Shown here piece by piece: positions 13,361 through 24,536 of a DNA stretch of 64,000 nt. The notes under the pieces are model-generated. The model did no database searches, was not told the DNA's origin, and saw only the letters and a list, made by a program, of their open reading frames with translations. The stretch is from Felis catus (Eukaryota). Within the stretch, counting starts at the first letter, position 1. Each line of letters opens with the position of its first letter. The position numbers were made by a program, and so were the translations under genes. Where the stretch lies: the NCBI RefSeq assembly GCF_018350175.1, contig NC_058368.1:6510001-6574000 (forward strand), in the 5' to 3' direction.

Positions 13361-15179
13361 GGCCGTCATCGACTACATCTGCCCTCCCTCCCCTCTCCCA
13401 CTCGCTGGACACTGTGGAGTCCGATTTCTTCTTTGCCCTGAATTCTAACCTCCCTGTCTGGGGCTGTACGTAGTGTTGGACCACACCTAAGTTTAAGGAT
13501 CCAAGTCCAAGTTCAAGTTTGGCTGAGATCCTGATTCAAACAAACTAGAACCAACACTGGGGTTGGTTTGGCTTGACTCTGAGTGCCTGAGATGTCTCCT
13601 GCCCCTCAAGGTCACTCTGCCTGGGTGGATGGGCAGGGAGGCCTGCCCTTCAGGGAGTTGCCTCTGATCTCACTTGCTTTGTTCTGCCCATCGTTAGGAA
13701 CCTAACAACACTTCATGGCTGTCTACTCTGTACAACATTGTTTTTGCATGTGCTTCCTGCTCAAGGAGTACTGGATTTGTTGGATTTGTTCCTCCTGGCC
13801 ACCTCCCAGCTTTCTAGAGAAAAGAAAAAGGTACAGAGATCAGACAGAGAGAGAATAAAGGTTCAGCAGAGGCAGGAAATCAGAGAGATGATGACTTAAA
13901 ACAAGATCGTTCCCCTGAGCATCTCCAGAGCCATGGAGGGTAGGTTGGAGGAAGAGTGTAGATGTTCTCTCATACATTGAGTGGGGCCAATACTGACTAA
14001 AATAAGGTGATATGTGAGGGATAGGTAACAAAATGACGATAGTTTAAATAAATAGAGGGCAAAACCCCTTCCATTATTTATTTAAGGACTACTCAGAATC
14101 AAGTCATTTAAGGGCAGCGCGTCCATGACTGGTAGAACTGTAATTTGGTATCTGAAGGGCAATTTGTCAATAATCAGAGGAATCAGTTTAATTGGGTACA
14201 CTCGGGGCAGACAGGTGTGGTATACCTGAGACCTAGATCTTTCTGTCATGATTCTGAGCACATGGCTTTTGAGTCATGGTTCAGATAACCGCTGTCGCTC
14301 CAGCCATCAAACATGCATCCCAGCCAGTGAGAAGAAAGAAGGAGGAGGAGGGTGCGTTTCTTCCTCTTAAGGACATTTCTAGGTGGCTGTAGACACCAAG
14401 GTTGCTTATATTTCATTGGGTGCTTTAGGTGCAAGGAAGGTGAGTAAGCGTCATTTTCTTCTGGGTGCTCATGTACCTAGCTAAAGCTTGAGGAAAATGG
14501 GAAGAAGAATGGGAAGAAGAAGGGAAAAGTCATGTTCGAGATAGAACCTTGTCATGGCACCGCCAGCGACTTTTACTTTAATACTAAAACCACAGTGAAG
14601 AGGGTGTCAGGAGATTCAGTTCATCTATTCTCCAAGAGAGGCTGACCAAAGTACCGGTAAAGCCAAAGTCACCTCTTAATAGAAACCCCAACAAATGGTG
14701 ACCTTTTTGGACTTTTTATCTGTTTTGATATTTCGTGGCACTGTTCACCCTCTTTAAGGCTCTTTAAGTCTTTACTCTCTGGAAGAAATGATCACTGAAT
14801 CATGGAAGAGTGACCGTCCAGTGATCCTGAATGGAGGCAAGGCAGCCAGGCCCCTAGCCTCACTCTCCTCCTGAGCAGAGTTCAATGCTCTTTAGCAGGG
14901 GCCGGATGTGGAAGGTCATGGAAAATGTTGTCACTTGTAGGTGCGCAGGGTTTCACAGACGGTGGTGTGGGTCCAAAGCTTTTATTTCCCTCTTCTTGGA
15001 TTGGGTTTTGAGACAACATATGGGTGGATCTTCACCAAGAGGAGCCCACGCCTCTCCTTAAAATGCCACTGAGCCTTTCTTGTCTCCCAGGGTCTATCCC
15101 ATGAGTGCCCACCCCTCCATCAGCAGCGACGAGCCCACTGCCTTCAGCGTTTTGCTCTGCCTCCCGAATTTTGGTCCTG

Positions 15180-15810
15180 TGGAAATGGTCTTGTTTTCAC
15201 AAAAAGCGTGAGTTCTGTCCCTCCAGATAGCTGCGAGTCCTACCTTCTGTTTCAGAAGTTCTCAGTAACAGTGCAACATCCCAGCCATGTGTCTTGGGCA
15301 AATCGTTACTGACAGGAAAGTCCTGAAGCCTGAAATATTGCCTCTTTCAAGCCCATTAAAACACATTCAAGGTTACCTCCAGAGTGGCTGTCATCCCGGT
15401 GTGCCTTCTCGAGTGACATCGGAACAGTAGGAGTGACGGCCACTGTGTGAGTGACGGGGCTCCGGGGCGTGTCTCACCCGGAAATGTCAGCCTCCGTGGG
15501 CGCGGAGGGGGTGCTCGATTTCTTTTTGACCTCCAGACACGATCTTCTGTGGAGTTCTCTACGTAGGAAATGCCACTCCCTCAACACCCACCACGAGCGG
15601 CCTCGGTTCGGTGGCAAAGCGAAGCAACGAGAATTAGCGACAAGTGTGGACGGAGAGCAACGTGAGACCCCCGTGGGCCCTGGGTCTTCTGTGATGCGGT
15701 CACAGAGTCTACGTAGAACGCACACCTCAAGCTCAGCCAGTGGCGTGTTATGGCAGCCCAGCTTCCCAGCTTGAGGAGGGCCCCACCAGAGTTACGCAGG
15801 CACGCCTCTG
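15180..15810. repeat. Degenerate tandem array, unit about 150 bp, about 4 copies
   Basis: CCTCCAGA at 15220, 15376 and 15530. TCTACGTAG at 15558 and 15708. GAAAT at 15182, 15332 and 15481. Confidence 0.45.
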
Positions 15811-16394
15811 CGTTCGTTGATTCTCACCCCACGATTTTAGCTGGGTTTAGCCAAAAGGGATGCTTTGGAGACGCAGCTGCTTGACATCTCTGATGAAGAA
15901 ACTACTTTGGATCCGTCATTCTGCCTTTCTGCCAACCGTCTGAACCTCACTGGCCATTTCTAACCAGGGAGGGGGGCTCGAGCTTTGCTTGGGTGGCTCC
16001 CCCTTCGGCATCTTGGGGGCCCGGGGCCTGGGGGACCCACCCAGTGGCAGTTCCGGAGGCCTCCTGGACCAGCACCGGGGCTGGTGGTTCCAGGTGGGTG
16101 GACCGGGGCGCAGGGGTTCTGGGCAGCTGTGGATGTGGGGGCTTTGCCACGAGGTCTGGGGGGGCTCATGAGGAAGGAAGGGTTTTATACCTTCACAGCA
16201 GGTGATACATGGTATTAAGTAAGATGATTGGGAGCGGATGCCACGGATGAGACCTGCTTCAGGAGGGGAGAGCTGCCACAAAATCTGCAGGACTCGGGTA
16301 GAGGCCGGGCTCCGGGACCTCGCCCCCAGTTGTCGCTTATGACCGGGACGAGTTGGCAGAGTTGGGACGAGCAGAGAAAAGAGTTCACTTCTTT

Positions 16395-16607
16395 TGGTTT
16401 TGTTTTTAAGTTTGTTTATTTATTTTGAGAGAGAGCGTGGGGGGGGGAGGGGCAGAGAGAGAGAGAGAGAGAGAGAGAGAATCCTAAGGAGGGTCTGCAC
16501 TGTCAGCACAGAGTCCGAAGCGGGGCTCAAACTCATGAACTGTGAAATCATGACCTGGGCTGAAATCAAGAGGTGGACACTTAACAGACGGAGCCACCGA
16601 GGCACCC
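16395..16607 (-). mobile_element. Can-SINE
   Basis: SINEC body, TSD gaaaagag(t/c)tcacttct. Confidence 0.94.
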
Positions 16608-17282
16608 TGAAAAGAGCTCACTTCTGAAAGGGGTGTGGGGGGCCATCTCGGTTGACTGCCACCCTGGGAAGGGAAGAGGGGCCCGGGGAAGATTCCCCTG
16701 TGGAGACGGGGGAGCGCAGAGATTAGGTTTGGAGAAGAGGCATGCCAGAGGGGCATTTGGGGGAGAGACAACACTTGACCCCGTGGACTCTTCCCTTGAC
16801 CCCTCAAGTGCTGGATGAACCAACGTGTATCACGATACGCCCGGGGTGAGGGCTGATGACGGGACCAAGATTTATGTCACGTTTGCAAAGGAACAGCTCG
16901 TATCTAGACGACACTGATGCTTTCCAATGCGTCATGGACGGGACAGCGCACCCCAGGGTTAAAAGCACGGGCTTTGGAGTCCAGCAGATTGAAGTTTAAG
17001 TCCTCATTCTCCTGCCTGTAGTCAACAGTCGATAAATACACATGGAGTGACACAGACTCATCCAGGCACAATGCCAAGTGTCTGGGCGTTCCATGGAAAT
17101 TGTCGTATCGACTGTGGGGACTTTAGCAAGTTGTCATTCCTTTAGAGCCCTGTCTGTAAACGGAGATGACACTACAGACATGATTATCTTCATCGAAAGG
17201 TTGTCATCAGGGTTAAATGAGAAAATGCATTTAAAGTATTTGCATCATATCCAACTAGAAAAGCCCTGGTTTAAATGTTGTG

Positions 17283-17505
17283 TTTTTTTTTTTTTTAACT
17301 TTTTAATGTTTATTTTTGGGACAGAAAGGGAGACAGAGCGCAAGCAGGGGAGGGGCAGAGACAAAGGGAGACACAGAATCCGAAGGAGACTCCAGGCTCC
17401 GAGCTGTCAGCCCAGAGCCCAACCTGGGGCTCGAACTCACGGACCGCGAGATCATGACCTGAGCTGAAGTCGGACACTTAACCGACGGAGCCACCCAGGC
17501 GCCCC
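17283..17505 (-). mobile_element. Can-SINE
   Basis: SINEC body, flanking tagaaaagccc...tttaa duplication. Confidence 0.95.
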
Positions 17506-18084
17506 TAGAAAAGCCCCGTTTTAATATGATCTAGCCTTCTTCTTCAGTACTCCATTAATACTGAGAAAAAAAATACTCTCACATTCTTTACACCTTCAAC
17601 ATACTAATTAGCTCGTCAACTGGCCTCCTTTGCTTCAGGACAAATAACCCCAATTCCTTTGATCTTTCTTCATTGACTGTATTTCCTGACCCTTTAATCA
17701 CCTTCTAAACAGGATTTATTCCAATTTGTCTGCAACACTTTTTGAGTATGGTGTCCCCAGGTGGGCGCAATGGATGAACAGAAATGTTACTGGTGAGGAG
17801 GTGAGCAAAAAAGGAGTTCCCCGCCCCCCTTCCAATTTCACTTGAAGCTCTTCTCCCCACTCACCTCCCCCCCACTCCGTGTTCTAGGGTGAGACACCAG
17901 TAGCTTTCTCTGCGTTATGACCCACAAGACTAGCCACTCACTCAACAGAATCATCAAATCTTAACTATGTAATGCATCTAGAATAGAATCAAATGTCTAT
18001 GAAGAACATTTGCATGCATTGCTGGTAGGATTGCAAATTGTTATCTGGAAGGAAGTTTGGAAATATGATACAATAATTCTTCTA

Positions 18085-18087
<3 letters not shown>

Positions 18088-18131
<44 letters not shown>

Positions 18132-18312
18132 GAGAGAGAAAGCAGGGAAGGGGCAGAGGGGGAGGGAGAGAGAGAATCTTAAGCAGGCTCCCTGCCCAGT
18201 GTGGAGCCTGAGACAGGACTCTACACAAGGCTCTATCCCAGGACCGTGAGATCATGACCTGAGCCAAAATCAAGAGTCAGACACTCAACTGACTAAGCCA
18301 CCCAGGTGCCCC
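18088..18312 (-). mobile_element. Can-SINE with a long T homopolymer tail
   Basis: SINEC body, TSD tcttctaggattttt. Confidence 0.94.
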
Positions 18313-19078
18313 TCTTCTAGGATTTTTAAAGAAACATCATAGGTGTGGGCGAACGTGTATGCGGGAATATTCCTTGGAGCATATTTCCAATAATAAAATT
18401 GCAAATGATCTGGATAGTCCACGGAAAGGAAATAAGCAACAGTGTTTCCATCTGATATATAATTCCGTAGAGTCAGTGAAGAGTGTGGTTAAGGATTACG
18501 CGACACCTAAATGTGTTCGCTGCATATCAAGGGACAAAACAGCATGTTTAAAAAACGATGCTGTAAAACAGAATGCAGGTAAAGCACTTAGCATTCTGCG
18601 TGGCTCTGTGTTAGCTATCATCGTTTGCAACAATGCGATCTGAGGTTTTAGAGAAGCGTTCATAAATAATGGAAGAAAATGCATTACAACCTCAAGTGGT
18701 TATCAATGCGTAGAAGAATTATAGATTTATGTGTCTTCCCCCGTGCTTCTCTGAATTTTCTGAAGTGTCTGTAATGAACCAGTACTCTATCACCTGAGAA
18801 CGGTCGCCCACAAAGAGCCCTGTGCCAAAGGTGTCCCAACCCGACTCCGTTTCCTTGAGCTGTGATGTTAGACATGTCTCTTTACTCCTCTAAGCTTTGT
18901 TTACCCATTTGTGGAATAATGTCTGACTTTAGGTGAGGGGATCCGTGCTTGTTAGGGAGAATTTTCGTTCATCATCATCAAAATAGCTCCACTTCTGGAA
19001 CCCATATGGAGATGCTGGTCTATCCATGCTCTCAATGGTGGCATCTTACACAAGAGGACATTTAGGCTTAGAGAAATA

Positions 19079-19280
19079 GGGGCCCCTGGGTGGCTCAGTC
19101 AGTTAAGCATCTGACTTCAGCTCAGGTCATGATCTCACGGTCTGTGAGCTCGAGCCCTGTGTCGGGCTCTGTGCTGACAGCTCGGATCCTGGAGCCTTGT
19201 TTCCGATTCTGTGTCTCCCTCTCTCTCTGCCCCTCCCCTGCTCACACTCTGTCTCTCTCTCAAAAGATAAAAAAGAAATA
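19079..19280 (+). mobile_element. Can-SINE
   Basis: SINEC body, TSD agaaata. Confidence 0.94.
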
Positions 19281-19890
19281 AAATGACTTACCTGCGGCGA
19301 CACAATGAGAAAGTGGGAACTCCGAGATTTGGACAGGTCTCTCCTACTGCAGGCATCAACAACTTACCTTAGTGCTCAAACAAGCAAAAATCTTCAAAGG
19401 CAGGAACAGAATTAGTTTTTTGAGACACATGTACATTTTATTTTTTGGCCGCTTCATCTCTGGCTCAATCTGGATGGGCTTTGTCCATTTCACGTTCTTG
19501 TATGTTCTAAAATTATGTAGTATGCAAAAATTAATCTGATCAGGATTCTGCACAAATGTAATGAGATGAAATTTTGTCACCGTTTCAAGGTTTTGCTTTG
19601 CCGAAACCCTAAACTTCTAGAGTCAACCTCCCCATCCTAGAGATAGGCGAGCTCCTGTTTCTGAACGGCACATGTAGGTAAATTACAAACAATACATGTA
19701 TCTATTCAATATGAAGAGATAGGCAGCTTTTTATGAAGCCAAGCTGATGTATCCTTCATACCTCATAGACAACGGTTTTGCTTTTAACTAAGCTATTACG
19801 ACATGAGTTAGAAAACTGCGCATTTTCAATTCAGCATAGCGCAATAGGGATGCTTGACAAAGAGCGACTTGTGCCATTTAAAAATTAACA

Positions 19891-20098
19891 TCAGTCGGTT
19901 GAGCGTCCAACTTCGGCTCAGGTCATGATCTCGCAGTTGGTGAGTTCGAGCCCCACGTCGGGCTCTGTGCTGACAGCTCAGGGCCTGGAGCCTGCTTCCG
20001 ATTCTGTGTCTCCCTCTCTCTCTCTCTCTGCCCCTCCCCTGCTTGCGCTCTGTCTCTGTCTCTCAAAAATGAATAAACGTTAAAAATATTTTTTAAAG
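19891..20098 (+). mobile_element. Can-SINE lacking its first ~16 nt
   Basis: Starts at tcagtcggttgagcg. The ggggcgcctgggtggc head and a left TSD are absent. Confidence 0.92.
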
Positions 20099-20879
20099 AA
20101 AGCAGCAGCCTGAAGGTTAATTACAACACCTTCACAGAAGCAGTGGGTAGTTAGCATGACTGTGAAACAGAGTCCCCTTGGGGCTCAGGCGCAATCACAC
20201 CTCAGAGGTTAGGCTGTTTGCTTTCATTTGAAGGGGCAGCTCGACCCGCTGAAATCATCTGCTGGGATTGAAGTGAATTAAATTCCCTAGGGAAAGCAAT
20301 ATCTGAAAAATTCTACAGGAAGAAGACTACTGTAAATTATCTTGCATTTTCCTTCGGTTACGCAGACATCAGTGGTTGTGGGGGAGGGAGATGTACAATG
20401 TCAAAGATGAAAGTATTCTGTTAGAATCAAGAAAATGGACTCTTTATTGCCAGTGATCTGGGGAGCAAGCCTGGAATGTATGTATGACGGTCACTCTTTT
20501 ACCGGCCGAGTGTCCAGTGCCCCAGCCCGGTCACCAGCAGGCAGGAACCTGCTCTCAGGTCTTCGCCGACTGGTCCCAGCTCTCTCGCCAGCCCCGGAAC
20601 ACAGGGGTTTCATGACTGACAGCACTATTTCTGATTCCAACCTAGTCACATGAATGCTGTCATCGTTCCTTCGGAAGCCACAGTCCACAGCACTAAAATT
20701 CATCGTCACTCTCTCCCGTCCTTCCTGCCCTGCCCACCTGGTGGGGGCGGGGCAGGGGGGGGGGAGAAATAATTTGTATGAATGAATTATATATGTTTTT
20801 AATATTCTGTATATTTATATATTCTTTAAACCTTACTAGAATTGGTAAAATGAATTTCATTCATTCACTCATTCATTTC

Positions 20880-21270
20880 TTTAAACCATTTGATTGAGGT
20901 ACGATCCACATACAAAACCCCGTGCATACTTAATTCATATAACTTGATGTATTTGGAGATAAACATACACCTGCGAAACTACCACCACAATCTGTGCCAT
21001 AAATCTACCCGTTACCTCCAGATGTTTTCCTCCCACATTCTCCTCCTCCTGCCTCTCCCCACCCCTTCCCTCCTCCCTCTCCTCCTCCTCCTCCTTTTCC
21101 TCCTCCTTCTTCTTTTTCCCACTCCTCTTCCTCTTAAATATTTAATACACGATTTACTCTCTTAGCAGGTTTTTAGGTATATAATACAGTATCGTTAACT
21201 ACAGGCTCTCTGCTGTACGGTAGATCTTTAGGATTTATTCATTTTGTATGACTGAAACTTTGTGCTCGAG
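20880..21270 (-). mobile_element. Old L1 3' fragment with an internal CT-rich tract
   Basis: aacttgatgtatttggagataa...acagtatcgttaactacagg. Confidence 0.7.
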
Positions 21271-21299
21271 TAGGCTCATTAGTTAAAGGGTAAATGAAT

Positions 21300-21412
21300 T
21301 AAAATTATTTTAACGTTTTATTGTATTTCTTTTGAGGGAGGCAGTGTGCAAGTGGGGTGAGGGGCAGAGAGAGAGGGAGACACAGAATCCGAAGCAGGCT
21401 GATCCGAGCTGA
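21300..21412 (-). mobile_element. Partial Can-SINE (3' half only)
   Basis: ggggcagagagagagggagacacagaatccgaagcaggct, then breaks off. Confidence 0.85.
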
Positions 21413-21431
21413 GATCAACAGTTGGGCACCT

Positions 21432-21644
21432 GGGCGCCCCGGTGGCTCAGTCGGTTAAGCGTCCAATTTTGGCTCAGGCCGTGATCTCGCGGTTTGTGGG
21501 TTCGAGCCCGCGTGGGGCTCTGTGCTGACAGCTTGGAGCCTGGAGCTTGCTTCGGATTCTGTGTCTCCCTCTCTCTCTGCCCCTCCCCAGCTTGTGCTCT
21601 GTCTTTGTCTCTCTCTCTCAAAAATAAATAAACATTAAAAAAAA
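21432..21644 (+). mobile_element. Can-SINE
   Basis: SINEC consensus. Confidence 0.94.
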
Positions 21645-21848
21645 TCAGTTTCTCAGTATCATGAGTCACATTTCAAATGCTCAATCACCACAGGAGACTA
21701 GCAGTTACTGAATTGGCTACATTTCCGTAGTCAGAGAAAGTTCCATCAGAAAGCCCTGCTCCAGAGTTTTTCTAGAGGATAAAAATAAATAAATAATACA
21801 GCTGGTACAACTTTTAAAATAAGTAGCCATTTAAATTTGGTAGTTCTA

Positions 21849-22061
21849 GGGGCGCCTGGGTGGCGCAGTCGGTTAAGCGTCCAACTTCAGCCAGGTCACG
21901 ATCTCGCGGTCCGGGAGTTCGAGCCCCGCGTCGGGCTCTGGGCTGATGGCTCAGAGCCTGGAGCCTGTTTCCGATTCTGTGTCTCCCTCTCTCTCTGCCC
22001 CTCCCCCGTTCATGCTCTGTCTCTCCCTGTCCCCAAAATAAATAAACGTTGAAAAAAAATC
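21849..22061 (+). mobile_element. Young felid Can-SINE
   Basis: Perfect 17-bp TSD taaatttggtagttcta at 21832-21848 and 22062-22078. Confidence 0.97.
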
Positions 22062-22182
22062 TAAATTTGGTAGTTCTATACTAAATATTTACCAACTAAA
22101 GTATATAATGTAAAATATGTAACAATGTGTCATCTAAAATATGCAACATAAATAAACATTGACATTAAAAAATAACACACTA

Positions 22183-22395
22183 GGGGCTCCTGGGTGGCTC
22201 AGTTGGTTAAGCATCCGATGTCAGCTCAGGTCATGATCTCGCAGTCCGTGAGTTCAAGCCCCGGGTCGAGCTCTGCGCTGACAGCTTGGAACCTGGAGCC
22301 TGCTTTGGATTCTGTGTCTCCTTCTCTCTTTGCCCCTTCCCTGCTCACCTTCTGTCTCTCTCACTCTCAAAAATGAATAAATATTAAAAAAAAAA
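22183..22395 (+). mobile_element. Can-SINE
   Basis: SINEC consensus, short TSD acacta. Confidence 0.93.
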
Positions 22396-22399
22396 CACT

Positions 22400-22700
22400 A
22401 AAAGACAAGTACCATCTGATCTCACTCATGTGTGGAATTTAAGAAACAAAACAAATGAACAAAGGGGAAAAAAAGGGAGATAAACCCAGAAATAGACTCT
22501 TAACTATAGAGAATAAACTGATGGTTACCAGAGAGGAGGTGGGTGGGGGGATGGGTGAAATCGGTGATGGGGATTAAGGATACACTTGTCGTGATGAGCA
22601 CTGAATCATGTACAGAACTGTTGAATCAATATATTGCCCTCCCCAAATTAGTAGAACACTGTATTTAGCTATACTGGAATTACAGTGAAAAACTTTAAAA
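22400..22700 (+). mobile_element. Carnivore L1 3' end
   Basis: aaagacaagtaccat...gactcttaactatagagaataaactgatggttaccagag...gatgagcactg. Confidence 0.88.
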
Positions 22701-23887
22701 AGAGACATTAAAAAATAACACTGATTCCTGAATTGTATGCTTTTAAAAGTCTATACAACCCGTGTTGGGAAAAACTGAGTATGTGTTTTTGAGCATTGGT
22801 TTTTGCCCTATTCCCACTATTTTATTTCATATCTCTGGCAGAAAAAGCCAGCTTGAGTTCACATGTCCTCAAGCAGTTTTTCACTGACAAAACTTAAACG
22901 AGAATACATGGATTATAAGTGTGTGCTAATGCATGTGTGTGCACGCACACACACACACACACACACACACCCCACTGACGTACACTTTACTAGATGTTGC
23001 TCGTGGTAAGGATTGTTATTCTTGGATCTCAAGTTCTGTGAGTCAGCTGTGCTGAAATAGGCTGCCAAAATTCATCCTTTTCAGTGAAATCTTTTATGAA
23101 ATATAATATATGGGCCATCTTCTTAAAAAGCTTGTAAACTTGGCAGGCTGGAAGATAGACCATGTATGTTTTTCCCCCTCGGTAGAACTAACAAAGCAAC
23201 TTGCCTGCTTTAAAAAAAAAAAAAAAAAAAAAAAAATCCCGTTTTTGTTGATTGGCTTATTTTGAGAGTGTCTTCAGGCTGACTCTAATTCTGTCATTTC
23301 AAATGTCTTCTGGGCTTCCTTTGAAAAAATTATTGAGGCTCACGAATTACTTTCGTATTTAAAGGGCCAGCTGCCCTTCCTCCCCCGTGCAGTAGAGTGG
23401 TAGGGTGGAAGCCAGGAGGGAGGGCCACCCTCTGTGCAAACATTTAATGCTTTCCATTTAAGTTGTGTCCCGGTGTTCAAGCAGAGACAAGGAACCTTCC
23501 TCCAGCGTGTGGCAGAAGACGGTCTTGTAGTTCGAGGTGTGGCCACCAAGAAATTATGAAATTCTCTGTCTTCTAGCAATTACCTTTGGCATCACGTAGG
23601 CCTGTCAAGGACAGACCCCCAGGCTGGTCCTCAAGACAGATGGAAAAGACGGGTGTCTGGTGGTTAAGAGGGGGTTGTGGTGTCGGACAGACCCGCCCGC
23701 CTCACAGGTGGAGGATCTTGGGCACATTACTTAGCGTCTCAATCTTTAATTTCCTCCCCCACGAAATAGAAAGAATAGAAGTGCCTGCATGTTGCCGAGT
23801 CATTTGTAAAGAGCTAATTTACGTAAAGTGCCCAGTGCGGTGGCTGGAACAAGAATAACCCAATACATTTCGTTATTTCATATCACT

Positions 23888-24536
23888 TTTATTTTTTATT
23901 TATTTTTTATTTTTTATAGACAGAGATTGTGAGTGCGAGCAGGGGGAGAGGGGCAGAGGGAGAGAGAGAGAGAGGGAGAATCTTTTTTTTTTTTTATATG
24001 AAATTTATTGACAAATTGGTTTCCATACAACACCCAGTGCTCATCCCAAAAGGTGCCCTCCTCAATACCCATCACCCACCCTCTCCTCCCTCCCACCCCC
24101 CATCAACCCTCAGTTTGTTCTCAGTTTTTAACAGTCTCTTATGCTTTGGCTCTCTCCCACTCTAACCTCTTTTTTGTTGTTGTTCCTTCCCCTCCCCCAC
24201 GGGTTCCTGTTAAGTTTCTCAGGATCCACATAAGAGTGAAACCATATGGTATCTGTCTTTCTCTGTATGGCTTATTTCACTTAGCATCACACTCTCCAGT
24301 TCCATCCACGTTGCTACAAAAGGCCATATTTCATTCTTTCTCATTGCCACGTAGTATTCCATTGTGTATATAAACCACAATTTCTTTATCCATTCATCAG
24401 TTGATGGACATTTAAGCAGGCTCCGCACTCAATGTGGAACCCAACATGGGACTCGATCCCATCACCCTGGGATCGTGACTTGAGCCGAAATCAGGAGTCG
24501 GACGCTCAATCAACTAACTGAGCCACCCAGGTGCCC
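23888..24536 (-). mobile_element. Can-SINE split by an L1 insertion
   Basis: SINE stops at gagagggagaatc (23982) and resumes at ttaagcaggctcc (about 24412). Confidence 0.9.
23983..24412 (-). mobile_element. Young feline L1 3' end, 5'-truncated
   Basis: Poly(T) followed by atgaaatttattgacaaattggtttccatacaacacccagtgctcatccc. Encodes the ORF2 C-terminus KCPSTDEWIKKLWFIYTMEYY...LSEIS. Confidence 0.95.

Noticed and set aside
19604..19614. AAACCCTAAAC (and CCTAACC at 55328) as telomerase RNA templates
   Set aside because: Single short words for non-vertebrate telomere repeats, with no supporting architecture.
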